A stretch of DNA of 64,000 nucleotides. Source: Octopus vulgaris (taxonomy: Eukaryota). Shown piece by piece: positions 12,747-26,472 of the stretch. The translations under genes and the position numbers were made by a program. Position 1 is the stretch's first letter, and each line of letters starts with the position of its first letter. Where the stretch lies: contig OX597830.1 in assembly GCA_951406725.2 (NCBI GenBank), positions 23,560,001 through 23,624,000 of the forward strand. The letters run 5' to 3'. The notes under the pieces were generated by a model, which was given only the letters and a program-made list of their open reading frames with translations, was not told where the DNA came from and did not search any database.

Positions 12747-12984
12747 CAGGGTGTTCAAAAAGTCTCCTCGCAGGGAATTTTTTTCATCCTGCGGAAATCA
12801 GCCTAGAAAGTGCTCACACGGCAAAAAAAAAAAAAAACGTTGAAAATGAAGGACGACATTTTCAACACTTCTTATAAAGTTTTTAAAGTCTTGTAAAGTC
12901 TAATATATTCTTTTATATTTTTTTACCATTATATAAGTATTTATTTTGTAATACTTACTGCGGAGAGACTTTTTGAACACTCTG
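12747..12984. mobile_element. Tc1/mariner-type MITE
   Basis: TIRs CAGGGTGTTCAAAAAGTCTC / GAGACTTTTTGAACACTCTG with TA on both sides. Confidence 0.88.
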
Positions 12985-13015
12985 TATAAGTGTGTGAGAC
13001 AGCTTGCGTGCCTGC

Positions 13016-13628
13016 CAGTGGTGACTCATAGATAAAATTAGTAGGGATGCTGCTTCAGAAAATTTTTAGCTGTTGTTTTAATATTATGTAAAAGGAAACA
13101 AACATATAAAAAGAATATTTATACATAAACTTGATCGGTTCATTGAACACCGCCGCGAATTCCCCCTTGTTTTTCAAAATCCCCGCTTAATCACAAAATG
13201 AGGATGGAAAATCTGCCCTATTTTTCAAATCCTAACAGCAATACTGAAGCTAGAAGCAGGATAATAATCTAATTCTACACTGTATGACATTCAAGAATAT
13301 AAACACGTTTTTAAGCACACTGCACGCAGTCACAAAGAAACACTATCTTTCACCAGCACTCCCTAGCGTGAAGCTTCCTATCTCAGATATGTGAGCATGC
13401 TCACAACAGCCAAACACCAGTGAAGCGCACAGTTCTATACAAGGATTTTTGTATTTTTGTCACAAACTAGGGGATGGCTACTGACATTAAGCATAAGGAT
13501 TATATAATGTACTATTATAAAGAAAGAATTAAAGAAAAAAGGACTCATTATATTGAATGTTATCAATAACATCGAGTAGAAATAGGGGTTGCTGCAGTTC
13601 CGCAGTGGGTATATACGAGCCGCCACTG
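13016..13628. mobile_element. Non-autonomous hAT-type DNA transposon
   Basis: Imperfect 19-bp TIRs CAGTGGTGACTCATAGATA / TATATACGAGCCGCCACTG and a perfect 8-bp TSD GTGCCTGC (13008-13015, 13629-13636). Confidence 0.85.
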
Positions 13629-13744
13629 GTGCCTGCGTATGTACATGCCTACACAACATACATACATACACTTTTATATATATGTGTGTGTGTGTTTGTT
13701 AAGTAAAATGAGACAACAAAACGATGGCTGTGTGGTATTTATTG

Positions 13745-13797
13745 GACATTTACAGCTGTTTCTGGGATATTAGGGATATCCCTTCATCAGAGACGAC
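13745..13797 (-). ncRNA. Hammerhead-ribozyme-like motif in a Penelope-like terminus (stem I poor)
   Basis: Minus strand: CTGATGA-A-GGGATAT-cccta-ATATCCC-A-GAAA-CAGCTG-TA. Confidence 0.6.
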
Positions 13798-14559
13798 ATG
13801 AGAGAGTTAACTAGAATGAAGTAGCAGAGAGGAATGTACGCAGTAAGTGTACTATGGGTAGCTTAAATAATGAAATTAAGAAGCAGGAGCGAAGTATGCC
13901 TGCTTAACCTACAAAAAATATAATATTTTGCATTTTATGCATTGTAATCAGAGTAACCTTCATAATTTTATTGAATTAGGTTCATGTTTTACCATAAAAG
14001 AAAAATGTTGCCTTCGATCTTTTTTTTATTCAAGGTAGGCATTGTCTACCTTGCCTAGCTAGGCGGCACGTCCCTGATAGATAGATATCGCGAGAGTTCA
14101 TACTTTACAATCACAGATAAAAGAGGAGAATTCGAGGAATGCTTTGCAACTGTTTCAAGGGTTCGGTGACCAGTGATTCCAGCATTGAGGTGGGCAATGT
14201 GTGTACATATACATGAAGTTAATGGCTGTTAGTGAATTTATATGAAATAACGCAAATTTATATTGCAGTACTAAGTACTCTATTATCGGAAGGAAATAAC
14301 ATTTTTATATAATTTAAATTTGTTTATTTTGAAGCAGAGAGGGTGAATTAATTCGTATGAGTCTGTGTGTGTGTGTGGGAGAGAGAGAGAGAGAGAAGGG
14401 GATAATTAGAACGAGAGAGGGTGAATTAGCGCGAGAGCGTGAAAGAAAGAGATTGTGAGTGTGTATATGTGTGTGTGAGAGAGAGAGAGAAAGAGAGGGA
14501 GAGAAAGTGAGAGAGAATAAAAAAGACCTAGAGGGAGGCAAAGGGCTAGGTAGATAGGT

Positions 14560-14616
14560 TGGTAGAGAGAGAGAGAGAGAGAGACAGAGAAAACGGGAGA
14601 GAGGATGAATGAATGC

Positions 14617-14656
<40 letters not shown>

Positions 14657-14980
14657 GGAGAAATGATAAATGAATGCATGAGAGAGAGAAGGGAGAGAGG
14701 ATGAATGAATGCGTGAGAGAGAGGATGAATGAATGCGTGAGAGAGAGAGAGTTAAAGACAGAGGATTGGTAGATAAAGAGTGATTAAGAGAGAGGGAGAG
14801 AGAGAGAAAGAGAGAGAGAGAGAAAAGGGGGGAGAGGATGAATGAATGCATGAGAAAGAGAAGGGAGAGAGGATGAATGAATGCGTGAGAGAGTGAGAGA
14901 GTTAAAGACAGAGGATTGGTAGACAAAGAGTGATTGAGAGAGAGAGGGAGAGAGAGAGAGAAAGAGAGAGAGAGAAAAGA
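14560..14980. repeat. (GA)-rich minisatellite with GGATGAATGAATGC(A/G)TGAGAG units
   Basis: The unit recurs about six times, with a larger block (GTTAAAGACAGAGGATTGGTAGA) duplicated. Confidence 0.85.
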
Positions 14981-15392
14981 ATTCGTTTACATATGTAAAT
15001 AGTTTTCTGTTATATTTACATAAAAACGTTTTTATTGGTTGCAATCATATAGACCCATGCACATACAGACACTTACTGATAAAAATTTGCAAACACATGC
15101 ACACACTTACTCTCTCCCTCTCTCTCTCTCTCACACTCACACAGAGACACATACATATAGAGAGGAATGTTGGAACTCAAACATAATTTACCACAGTCTG
15201 TGCTCTACATACACAGGCACACACACACATGCACACACACACACACACATACACGTGTGTGTATTGTGTATATTTTTATATACATATCCATGTTTCCATA
15301 TATATATATATATATGTCTGTGTGTATATATACATATATCACTCTAGATATGTAGATAGATAAATAGATACATGATAGATAGACTGACGCGT

Positions 15393-15430
<38 letters not shown>

Positions 15431-15471
15431 ACACGTGTCTATCTGTCATATATTTACCCATCCATCCATCC

Positions 15472-15573
<102 letters not shown>

Positions 15574-15626
15574 TTATCTTAACTATCTACATATCTAGAG
15601 AGATATATGTATATATATATATATGC

Positions 15627-15685
<59 letters not shown>

Positions 15686-15768
15686 GGTCCCGGGTTGATT
15701 CGGGGTTAACCACAGTAAATAAGGTACTCAATACATAGCAGAGTAAAATTAATTTATTATATAGAAGG

Positions 15769-15819
15769 AGCTTCTACAGGACTAGAACTGTTTCATTCAA
15801 GAGAAATCTTCAGGTAGCT
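15769..15819 (-). ncRNA. Type I hammerhead ribozyme motif
   Basis: AGCTAC-CTGAAGA-tttctcttgaat-GAAA-CAG-ttctagtc-CTG-TA-GAAGCT. Confidence 0.7.
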
Positions 15820-16142
15820 AGTTAACAAGAATTGTATTGGCATTTATACATTTAGGCAGGTTTAAAGGGGTGGTGGTGGGGGACTTTTAGGGGGTAGGCA
15901 TAGCGCAAAAATATCATACGTGGGGGAGTGGTCAAGGAGTCAGTGGTAAATTAGATAAAAGAATAAATAAAAGAATAAAAAAATATATAGAAGAATAGAG
16001 TTTTAGGTAAATAGGGAGATTCTCACTTATACCTATACACATATGTATACATATATACACACACACACACACATATACATACACACATGCATACACACAC
16101 ACACATATATACATACACACACCTATACATACATATATCTAC

Positions 16143-16173
<31 letters not shown>

Positions 16174-16363
16174 CACACACATATATGCATATACATATAC
16201 ACACACACATGTATATATACACACACGACCACACATACATATACACACAAAAAATATATACATACACACACATACACATACACACATACACACACATATC
16301 CACATACACACATGCACACACAACACACAAGTCCCTATATACACATATATACATATACACACA

Positions 16364-16399
<36 letters not shown>

Positions 16400-16782
16400 C
16401 ACATATGTGTACCTATACATACCTACACATACACACATATACATACAGATACAAACCCATTCCCTAATTTTAATTTTATTATCTTCATTTATTACTTTTG
16501 TTATCTTTGACCGCTGGTCACAAGCATCTTGGCTACGACAGCAAGTCCATTTATCTTTCTACTTGAACACAAGCATTCACTCACGCACGCACACTCATTA
16601 GCACGCACACTCACTCATTCGTACACTCATACACATACACGCACGTACGCGTTATATTCATACATACATACATCTACATACATTCACATATATACACATA
16701 CGTACGCGTACCTACAGATTCATGTCTACATATCCACCAATAAATATATATACACACATACATATACACCTACATACAAATA

Positions 16783-16840
<58 letters not shown>

Positions 16841-16960
16841 GTATATATACATACATACATACATCCATACATACATACATATATACACATACACACACCC
16901 ACACGTATACATATACATACATATACGCGCATGCATACACACACATACATACGCATACAC

Positions 16961-17014
<54 letters not shown>

Positions 17015-17312
17015 ATATACATACATACATATACATATATACACACACATACATACACATATACACATACACACACATACACATATACATGCGTACCCAT
17101 ACACACACACACACACGCGCATCCATATATACACATAAGTACACACATGCGTAAAAGTATACATATATCTATACATATGCTTACACATACACACACACAC
17201 GCGCGCCTCCTTATGTTCATACTTACATGCATGCTCAAAAAATAAATAATAAATATTAAGTATATATACGTGCAGTTAACTATTATACAGACGGATACAT
17301 ACATATAAACTT

Positions 17313-17361
<49 letters not shown>

Positions 17362-17524
17362 CTTACACATATGTACATATACATACACACATACATAACT
17401 CTACGTACCTACATATACATAAACACACGAGCGTACACGTATATGTACATATACACATACACACACATATATACACACATACACACACACATATACATAC
17501 ATATGCATACACACACATACACAT

Positions 17525-17581
<57 letters not shown>

Positions 17582-17688
17582 CACATATATATATACATAC
17601 ACATACATACACATACATATACATATGCACACATACACACACACACATACATATATACATACACACACACATACATATACATACACAC

Positions 17689-17727
<39 letters not shown>

Positions 17728-17777
17728 CATATACATATATACACATATACACATATGTACACATACACACACATATT

Positions 17778-17877
<100 letters not shown>

Positions 17878-18312
17878 CACACCTACACATACACACATAT
17901 ATACATATATACATACATATACACACATACACACACACACACATATATATACATACATACACATACACATACTTATATATATATACATACACATACACAT
18001 GCACATACGTATAACTCTACATACCCACATATACATATATACATATATACACACACATATATATATACATATATATATATATATACACACTCATATATAT
18101 ACCCATCTACAATCTGTATATACACACACATATATATACCCATCTACAATCTGTATATACACACACATACATGCACATACACATAACTTTACATACCTAC
18201 ATATACATCGACATACTCGCGTACACTTATATATACATATATATATATACATATACACATACATATACATATATATATATATATATATAAATATATAAAT
18301 AAATATACATAT

Positions 18313-18367
<55 letters not shown>

Positions 18368-18895
18368 TACACATACATATATATATATATGTTGTGTGTT
18401 GTGTGTGCATGTGTGTATGTGGATATGTGTGTGTATGTGTGTATGTGTATGTGTGTGTATGTATATATTTTTTTTGTGTGTATATGTATGTGTGGTCGTG
18501 TGTGTATATATACATGTGTGTGTGTATATGTATATGCATATATGTGTGTGTATATGTATATATATATATATATGTAGATATATGTATGTATATGTGTGTG
18601 TATGTATATATGTGTGTGTGTGTATGCATGTGTGTATGTATATATGTGTGTGTGTGTGTATATATGTATACATATGTGTATAGGTATAAGTGAGAATCTC
18701 CTTATTTACCTAAAACTCTATTCTTCTATATATTTTTTTATTCTTTTATTTATTCTTTTATCTAATTTACCACTGACTCCTTGACCACTCCCCCAAGTAT
18801 GATATTTTTGCGCTATGCCTACCCCCAAAAAGTCCCCCCCACCACCCCTTTAAACCTGCCTAAATGTATAAATGCCAATACAATTCTTGTTAACT

Positions 18896-18946
18896 AGCTT
18901 CCTGAAGATTTCTGTTGAATGAAACAGTTCTAGTCCTGTAGAAGCT
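18896..18946 (+). ncRNA. Type I hammerhead ribozyme motif (GUA site)
   Basis: Stem I AGCTTC/GAAGCT, core CTGAAGA, stem II TTC/GAA, GAAA, stem III CAG/CTG, then TA. Confidence 0.78.
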
Positions 18947-18961
18947 CCTTCTATATAATAA

Positions 18962-19022
<61 letters not shown>

Positions 19023-19182
19023 TATACACACATACACACTCATGTATACGTGTTCATGTATACAAGTTGTACTTGTTCGTATATTTTTGTCGGTCGTAAT
19101 TAAAAAAAATTGTAGAATGTATATCCGGTCTGTACCAATCTGGATAATGAATTAAAGTTTGACTACACCTACAATTTTTCCT

Positions 19183-19241
<59 letters not shown>

Positions 19242-19719
19242 AAAAATTTGGGATGTTACTAACAGGACTAAAACTTCAATTTCAGGACAACAACTTCAAG
19301 TTCAGGACAACCTTATTTACTGGAGTACATATAGAAAATTGTATCCAAATTGTATCTAATCTAATAGTATAAGCTTTTAAAGCCTACTATAACATATTAT
19401 AAGAATAAAGTACATGAGAATTGATTATAAATTATTTAAACATATTTTTAAAAATATATATATACCTTGCCTGTTATTAGTCTGTGGGGGAAAGAAGATA
19501 ATATTAATCAACACCATACGAGTTTCAGCGCTGGTGGTTTGTTTTACCAGACTATACCTAATACATAAATCCACCAGTGCATTCTCAGGCTATTTTCTTC
19601 TTTTTATTATTATTATTAATGGATCCAACGTAATCCTACAAATTCTAAGATATCTGCATTAAAAATAAGAATAAAAATAATATGTATATATATATAACTT
19701 CCTAATATATTGTTACAAA

Positions 19720-19980
19720 ATGGGCCTTTCATCTGTTGTCGGCTATCTATCTACTTCTCATTTTGAGGATTCAACGACAATATGATTCTTCAAAGACAGT
19801 TGCTCCCATAAATTCTAAAATAAAATTTAGGATTTATGGAGGGTCCAAGTTGGGAAGAAAAAATGACAGTGGAGGCATACAAGGAAACCAAACGAAAACA
19901 AAGAAGGAGGGTCGTTAGACCAGAACGAGAAGAAAATAGTGAACGCTGGGATAAGCATTTTTTTTGAAAAGAGAAAAGAT

Positions 19981-20034
<54 letters not shown>

Positions 20035-20250
20035 AAGAGAGAGAAACACGTCTGTTCGTTAAAACGCCCGCGCAGGAAAAGAAAGATGGTCATGTGAGGA
20101 AAAGAAAGATGGACGATGGTCCCGTGTGAGCAATGAGAGAGAGAGAGAGAGACAGATGAAAAACGGTGAAGGAGGGAGGGGAAGTAAAATAGGATTAGAA
20201 AAGGATAGAGAAAGAAAACAGTATAGAGAGAGGCATAAAATAGGTGAAGA
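19720..20250 (-). mobile_element. Old copy of the Penelope-like family also at 46128, 47997 and 56098
   Basis: Shared blocks AAAATTT(A/G)GGATTT..GGAGGG and GTC(C/A)CGTGTGAGCAA. Confidence 0.5.
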
Positions 20251-21191
20251 GAAAGTTACTTGGAAATGGATTACCGCGCTCAATTAAATAATAAATAATA
20301 AATAATATATATATATATATACGAGTGTGTGTACAAATGGAAGAAGAGCACTCCGCACAATTACTGTGTGTGGGTGTGGGTACGTTCTCTCTCTGCAACT
20401 GTTCTCCCCTTCCTCTTCTTTCTTTCTCATTTACTTTAGACCTGCCTTTATTAAACAGAGAAACGTCTTAAATTTGACACAATATGTTTTCTTTTTCTCT
20501 TACGCCTTTTAATCATTTTACTTCTATTTGGTAAAGAGTATCACCCAAAATATTAGATTTTCTTCTGTTTCTTTCTTTCGCGTATTTATATTTACTATAC
20601 ATTTCTTTGAATGTTGTTTTCCCTCTTAATATTTCTACGCTTATCAGTTACGTACTGTCGCCTGGCTGGTTCCATGTGATATTTCTGTGTTTGTCTCATC
20701 TTCGCTTCATATTTGTTGATTTTCATGTATGTATGTATGTATGTATGTATGTATGTATGTATGTATGTATGTATGTATGTATGTATGTATGTATGTTTCT
20801 ATCTATCTATTTATCTATCTAGGTTACCCACCCTACATAACTCATAACTTTTACTTTTTGCAATTTTCAGGTAATTTTTGCGAATTTGTGTCATTTGAGT
20901 CATATAAAAGGAAATGTCTAGTCTAGTAAAGGGGGAAAGAAAGAGAGAGAGAGAGAGAGAGGGAGAAAGGATGAGAAAGCGAGAAAGTGAGAGAGTGAGA
21001 GAGACATATAGAAAGAAAGGGTATGAAAAATCAAAGAATTCACCCGAGTACATGTGCAGTACTTTATTTATCGATCGCGAAATAATGAATGGTGAATTTA
21101 ACCCCGGCGCACAACAATCTTATCTACGAACACATTGACACTCACGAACAAGCATACACTCAAGTACTCACACCACACACACACACACACA

Positions 21192-21231
<40 letters not shown>

Positions 21232-21243
21232 AGAACACACACA

Positions 21244-21284
<41 letters not shown>

Positions 21285-21344
21285 GTATGTGCACACATTT
21301 AAACGCAAATAAGTACAGAAATGTACACCTAAGACTAAACATAT

Positions 21345-21748
21345 GTCGGTTTCAAATGTTGGCACTAGGTCAGCAATTTCAGGGGATGCGATAAGTCCAA
21401 GAATTTAATTGGTAATTATTTAATCGACCCCAAAAGGAGAGAAGGCAAAGTCGACCTCTGTGGAGTTGGAACTCTGAACGTAAAGACGGACGAAATGCCG
21501 CTACACCCTGCCAGTTCGCCGCCATGGAATGTAACTATATCTTTGTTTCAAATTTTGGCACAAGGCTAGCAATTTTGGGTTAGGCCTAGTTGATTCCATC
21601 GACCCCAAGGCTTAATTGGCACTTATTTTATCGACTCCGAAAGGCAGAGTTAACCTCGGTGGAACTTGAACTCAAAACGTAAAGACGGAGAAAATAGTGT
21701 TAAGCATTTTTCCCGTCGTGCTAATGGTTCTGTTTGCTCACCGCCTTC
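21345..21748 (-). mobile_element. Two tandem family M SINEs
   Basis: GAAGGCAAAGTCGACCTC..GAACTCTGAACGTAAAGACGGA occurs twice. Confidence 0.8.
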
Positions 21749-22589
21749 CTAAGATAGAACTTGTATCAATGGCAGGTAGGTAGGTAGGTAGGTAGGTAGA
21801 TAGAGAGAGAATGGGAGAGAGAAAGACAGAGAGAGGGAGAGAAGAGAAGACAGAAAGTGAGAGAGGGAGAAAGATAGAAAGAGATGGAGAGAGGAAGGGA
21901 GAGAGAGAGAAAGGCTGAGAGAGAGGGAGAAAGACAGAGACAGAGGGAGACAGAAAGCAGAAAGAGAGAGAGAGAGGGAGAGAAAGAGAGAAAGAAAAAG
22001 GGAGAGAGAGAAAGAGAGAGAGTGAGAGAGAGAAAAACAGAGAGAGAGGGAAAGAGAAAGACAGAAAGAGAGAGAGGGAAAGGGGAAAAGAGGGAGGGAG
22101 AGAAAGAAAGAGAAAGAAAAAAGATAGGGAGAAGGAGGGAGAAAGACAGAAAGAGGAAGGTAGATAGATAGATAGATTAATAGAGGGGAAGAGAGAGAGA
22201 AACAGAGAGAGAGGTAGAGAAAAAGGTACGAAAGTAAAATGTAAAGCATTGAAAAATAAACGGGGGCGGATTGAATCATTTTGAGATTGGAAAATGAAAA
22301 AATGCGGAATCAAAATGTCGGAAGCGTCGTTTGCGTGGATAAGAATAATTACTTACTTCGAGCAAGAGTAAGAAGAAATATTTCAGTTAAAAGGAAGTCA
22401 CAGTTCAGTGGAAATTTCTGTAAAATGAAGTCACAGAAAATAAACTAAGATTGAAATGAAAAAAAGTTTGCCATAAAATGAAACAAAATAAAGTTTTATT
22501 AATATTTATAAGACCTGCATTCAGTAAATTTTTACGACAGCATCAACCTGCAATTTTTCAATAAATGAATAGATAATGAATAGATAAAT

Positions 22590-22765
22590 AGGCTCAGGAG
22601 TGACTATGCGATAAAAGATTTTGTTTGGCAATAACACGGTCCCGGGTTCAGCCCCATTGCGTGACACCTTGGGGCAAGTACCTACAATAGGCTCGGACCG
22701 GGCAAAGGTTTTGTGAGTGTATTGGGTAAACGGAAATTGAAAGAGGCCCGTTGTGTGTGTGTGTA

Positions 22766-22775
<10 letters not shown>
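22590..22775 (+). mobile_element. Family C SINE 5' part; its microsatellite is interrupted by the foldback element
   Basis: CCCGGGTTCAGCCCCATTGCGTGACACCTTGGGGCAAG...CGGAAATTGAAAGAGGCCCGT. Confidence 0.75.
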
Positions 22776-22821
<46 letters not shown>

Positions 22822-22924
22822 GGAGTAAACACATAAATGTGAAACAAGGTGGAAAAAAAGAGTACTCAAATACCAGTGGTAGAGTAATATGCTTTATTTA
22901 AAGCAGCAGAAAATTCAACAAAAT

Positions 22925-22962
22925 CTGTTACTCTGAGTTTCTTGTTGCCGTTCATCAGACAG
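22925..22962 (-). ncRNA. Minimal type I hammerhead ribozyme motif (mirror copy of 22986-23023)
   Basis: CTGT-CTGATGA-ACGGCAACAA-GAAA-CTCAGAG-TA-ACAG. Confidence 0.72.
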
Positions 22963-22985
22963 TTTTTGTTAGAATCTAACAAAAA

Positions 22986-23023
22986 CTGTCTGATGAACGG
23001 CAACGAGAAACTCAGAGTAACAG
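22986..23023 (+). ncRNA. Minimal type I hammerhead ribozyme motif (predicted dimeric)
   Basis: CTGT-CTGATGA-A-CG-GCAA-CG-A-GAAA-CTCAGAG-TA-ACAG. Confidence 0.8.
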
Positions 23024-23055
23024 ATTTTGTTGAATTTTCTGCTGCTTTAAATAAA

Positions 23056-23095
<40 letters not shown>

Positions 23096-23329
23096 ATAAG
23101 AAAATGGAGGGGATCAATAGGTGGTTCATCAACTTTTAGACGTTATATTATGTTAACTTATTTATTTATTTATTTATTTACTAAACTGATAATTACAATA
23201 ACATACATACATATAACATATTATGCTTTACATATATGATATAAAATATAGTAATATATAAGGATACCAATAATTATTATAAAATAACAAACATGAATAT
23301 AAATTAGGAAAATACTTATATCTATATTT

Positions 23330-23600
23330 ATACCCCCCACAGATAAAAATCTGGTGGGGTTCAAGTCCGGTGAATGCGGTGCCCACTCAACGTCACACTT
23401 CCTGCTGGTCAGTCTCTCTTGAAATCGCTCTCTCAGACTGGCTAGGGAGTCAGTTGATGTATGGGTGGGGGGGCCCGTCTTGCTGGAACCACTGTTCATC
23501 TCGATCTAGTCCTCTGCGTCGTTCTAGTAATGCCCAAAACTTCCTCAGCACTGCCACATAGCGCTCCGTTCTGTTTTTTTGGGGTGGGTGGGTCACCCTG
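23330..23600 (-). mobile_element. Tc1-like transposase remnant with TIR
   Basis: WFQQDG and EWAPHSPDLNP motifs; terminus CACCCTG-TA at 23594-23602. Confidence 0.85.
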
Positions 23601-23610
23601 TATATGCATG

Positions 23611-23670
<60 letters not shown>

Positions 23671-23676
23671 TACAAA

Positions 23677-23860
23677 CCGGAGTAAGCACATAAATGTGAA
23701 ACAAGGTGGAAAAAAGAGTACTCAAACACCAGAGGTAGAGTAATACGCTTTATTGAAAAGCAGCTGAAATATCACAAAAACTGTTACTCTAACAAAACTG
23801 TCCGACGAACGGGAAACTCTGAGTAACAGTTTTTGTGATATTTCTGCTGCTTTTCAATAT
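23677..23860. mobile_element. Second foldback copy of the 22820 family with a degenerate HHR (23794-23833, + strand)
   Basis: Same ~75-bp terminus CCGGAGTAA(A/G)CACATAAATGTGAAACAAGG; motif AAAACTGT-CCGACGA-acgg-GAAA-CTCTGAG-TA-ACAGTTTT. Confidence 0.8.
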
Positions 23861-24537
23861 ATATAAAACATTACATCATCGTTTCAACGAGCATAGATAT
23901 GCAGATAAGGTAGGATGGTTCTCCGCACATTTATGAAGCATCTCAAGAAACACAAAGATAAAGAAAGATTTAGATTATATACCAGGTGTTGGATGCGGTT
24001 AAGTCAACCGAGCGAACACCGTTACAAAGTGAAGAAAATCTGGAGGTTCTTAGTACTCTACAGTGCATACCTTAAAGATAAATTATGGAAGAACGCAACG
24101 GTATCATTTGAGAGAGTGTGAGAGATAGAGAGACAGGCAGAGAGAGCGCAAACGAAGTCGTTTGTAAGGAAGTAACGTAACACTAGAAATAAAAAAATAT
24201 TGTGGTACATAAAACTCTACGAGTAAGAAGAGTGGGAAAAGCTTAATGGATTATATCTTGAAGGCAGGTTGTAAGTGTTTTACCGTGTTGAGATCATATT
24301 CGTTAAGGAGGTTTACTCTGTTAATGGGTACACTCAGTAATAATATGTTCCTGGAGTTAGTTTCTTAATAGATGTTTATTTTTTTTCTTTTTGTAGTTGT
24401 ATATTAAAAGATAATAAATATGCTAAGGAGATGGGCAAAAAGATTTAAAAGCAATTTATATGTAAACGCACACATGTACGCACGCACACACACACACACA
24501 CACATGCAAACACATACGCGCAAACACTCACATATAA

Positions 24538-24577
<40 letters not shown>

Positions 24578-24712
24578 TTATATAATTATTTATGCATATG
24601 TTGTTATATATGTATTGATGTATGCTATACATATATTGCTACATATGAATAGATGTACGACCTCGCTCTCTGTCCCTCTATCTCTCTCCCTCTCTCTTTA
24701 TATATATATATA

Positions 24713-25305
24713 TCTATATATATAAAACTCAACTTGTGTGTCTGTGTGTTTAACTTCCCGGCACATCTCCTCCTAGCCAACAAATCGTAGAATCACCAAA
24801 AATAGGTCACTTAAAGTTTAGGCGAATGAAAATTGAACTGCGCTATTTCTGTTCCAAAATTCATCTCGCAAGTGCAAAAATCGATAATGTGTTTGTTTAA
24901 GCCTCATCCCACGCATTGAATAGTGAACTTAACTCAGTCAGCTGTTTGACGTGAACTGTGTTCACCACGCGTGCAAGCATGAGTAAATTGCATGAAAAAT
25001 AAAAAATCAAGATATGAAAACGAATCGCCGTAAACATTGTAGAAATTCGGCAAAGAAATGAATTTTCGGGATGTAGCCTGGAGGGTTTTTTCGTATTAGT
25101 CGTTTGGACTTTGTGAACACATACCAATTGTTTTCATAACATTTCTAACGCTTTGAATTAAATGTGACCATTTTGCGTTGAGTCTGCAGTTTGAATCACT
25201 TTAACCAAATTTTAGCAGGCCGGATTTTTGATCATCACGATACATCGCCAGCGACTCACTGAAACTCTCCCCTGAAATCTCCGTTGAGCCGGGCAATACT
25301 ACTAG
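24713..25305 (+). mobile_element. Non-autonomous Helitron
   Basis: 5' TCTATATATATAAAAC, 3' GCCGGGCAATACTA-CTAG, inserted between A and T. A partial inverted copy lies at 49217-49502. Confidence 0.8.
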
Positions 25306-25308
25306 TTT

Positions 25309-25346
<38 letters not shown>

Positions 25347-25376
25347 CACTCGTGCGGTACCTACAACTCCACTTTG

Positions 25377-25425
<49 letters not shown>

Positions 25426-25555
25426 TATGTGTGTATGTGTATTATATAAAATAGAATATAAATGTAGATTTATTACCCAACAGAGTATGTACGGCAACTG
25501 TTAACGATATATATATATATATATATACATACATACATATATATGTATATATACG

Positions 25556-25860
25556 GTTCCACCTTTTTGACTAACTATTTGACAGAGGTGGGTATCAAAA
25601 CTGTTCCTTACCCTCCCCATATTCCTATGCTTGTTCTTTGTGACTTTTGGTTTTTCTTCAATCTGAAAGAGAAAATGAAGGAGCTTATGACAAGGACCTG
25701 GACACCTTCATTTTGGGAGACTTCCACGAAGCCTTGCCGAAGTGACTGGGGCGCTATAGCAAGTGCATTCAAGTCAGGGAGTTCTACTTTGAAGGAGATA
25801 AGAGCTGCACATTTTGAAATTAATGTCTTTCTTGAAAAAGTCTTAAAACCTAGAATGCAG
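25556..25860 (+). mobile_element. Mariner transposase remnant
   Basis: GIKTVPYPPHIPMLVLCDFWFFFNLKE is a decayed HPPYSPDLAPCDFWLF motif; RYSKCIQ..FYFEGD in another frame. Confidence 0.8.
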
Positions 25861-26132
25861 CCTGTACGCGCACACACTCAAACACACACACATACACATA
25901 TGTACGTACATACATACGCGCATACAACATGTACGTATGTAGTACATACATGAATAACACACGTGCATACATACACACATACATAACATATATATGCATG
26001 CATGAATATATACATACATGCATACATATATACATAACATACATACATAAATACATAGCATACATACATACACACATACATATATACGTGCATATTTACA
26101 TACATGTATATATACATACATATACTCTCTCT

Positions 26133-26472
26133 TTTTACTCTTTTACTATTTTACTTGTTTCAGTCATGTGACTGCGGCCATGCTGTAGTACCGCCTTTAG
26201 TCGAGCAACTCGACCCCGGGACTTATTCTTTGGAGGCCGAGTACTTATTCTATCGGTCTCTTTTACCGAACCGCTAAGTTACGGGGACGTAAACACACCA
26301 CCATCGGTTGTCAAGCGATGTTGAGGGGGACAAACACAGACACACAAACATATACACACTTACATACAGGCTATAGTAGAAGACACTTGACCAAGGAGCC
26401 ACGCAGTGGGAATGAACCCGGAACCATGTGGTTGGTAAGCAAGCTACTTACCACACAGCCACTCCTGCGCCT
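26133..26472 (-). mobile_element. Family C SINE (internally deleted)
   Basis: Intact head GGCGCAGGAGTGGCTGTGTGGTAAGTAGCTTGCTTAC and tail. Confidence 0.9.

Larger units (their letters stand above)
22820..23057. mobile_element. Penelope-like foldback element: 165-bp near-perfect palindrome with an HHR on each strand
   Basis: Arms 22892-22973 and 22975-23056, centre 22974, one mismatch; flanked by (TA)n. Confidence 0.85.

Noticed and set aside
22866-23139. Two opposite-strand ORFs sharing the peptide LPFIRQFLL..NKNCLMNGN
   Set aside because: Artefact of the DNA palindrome.
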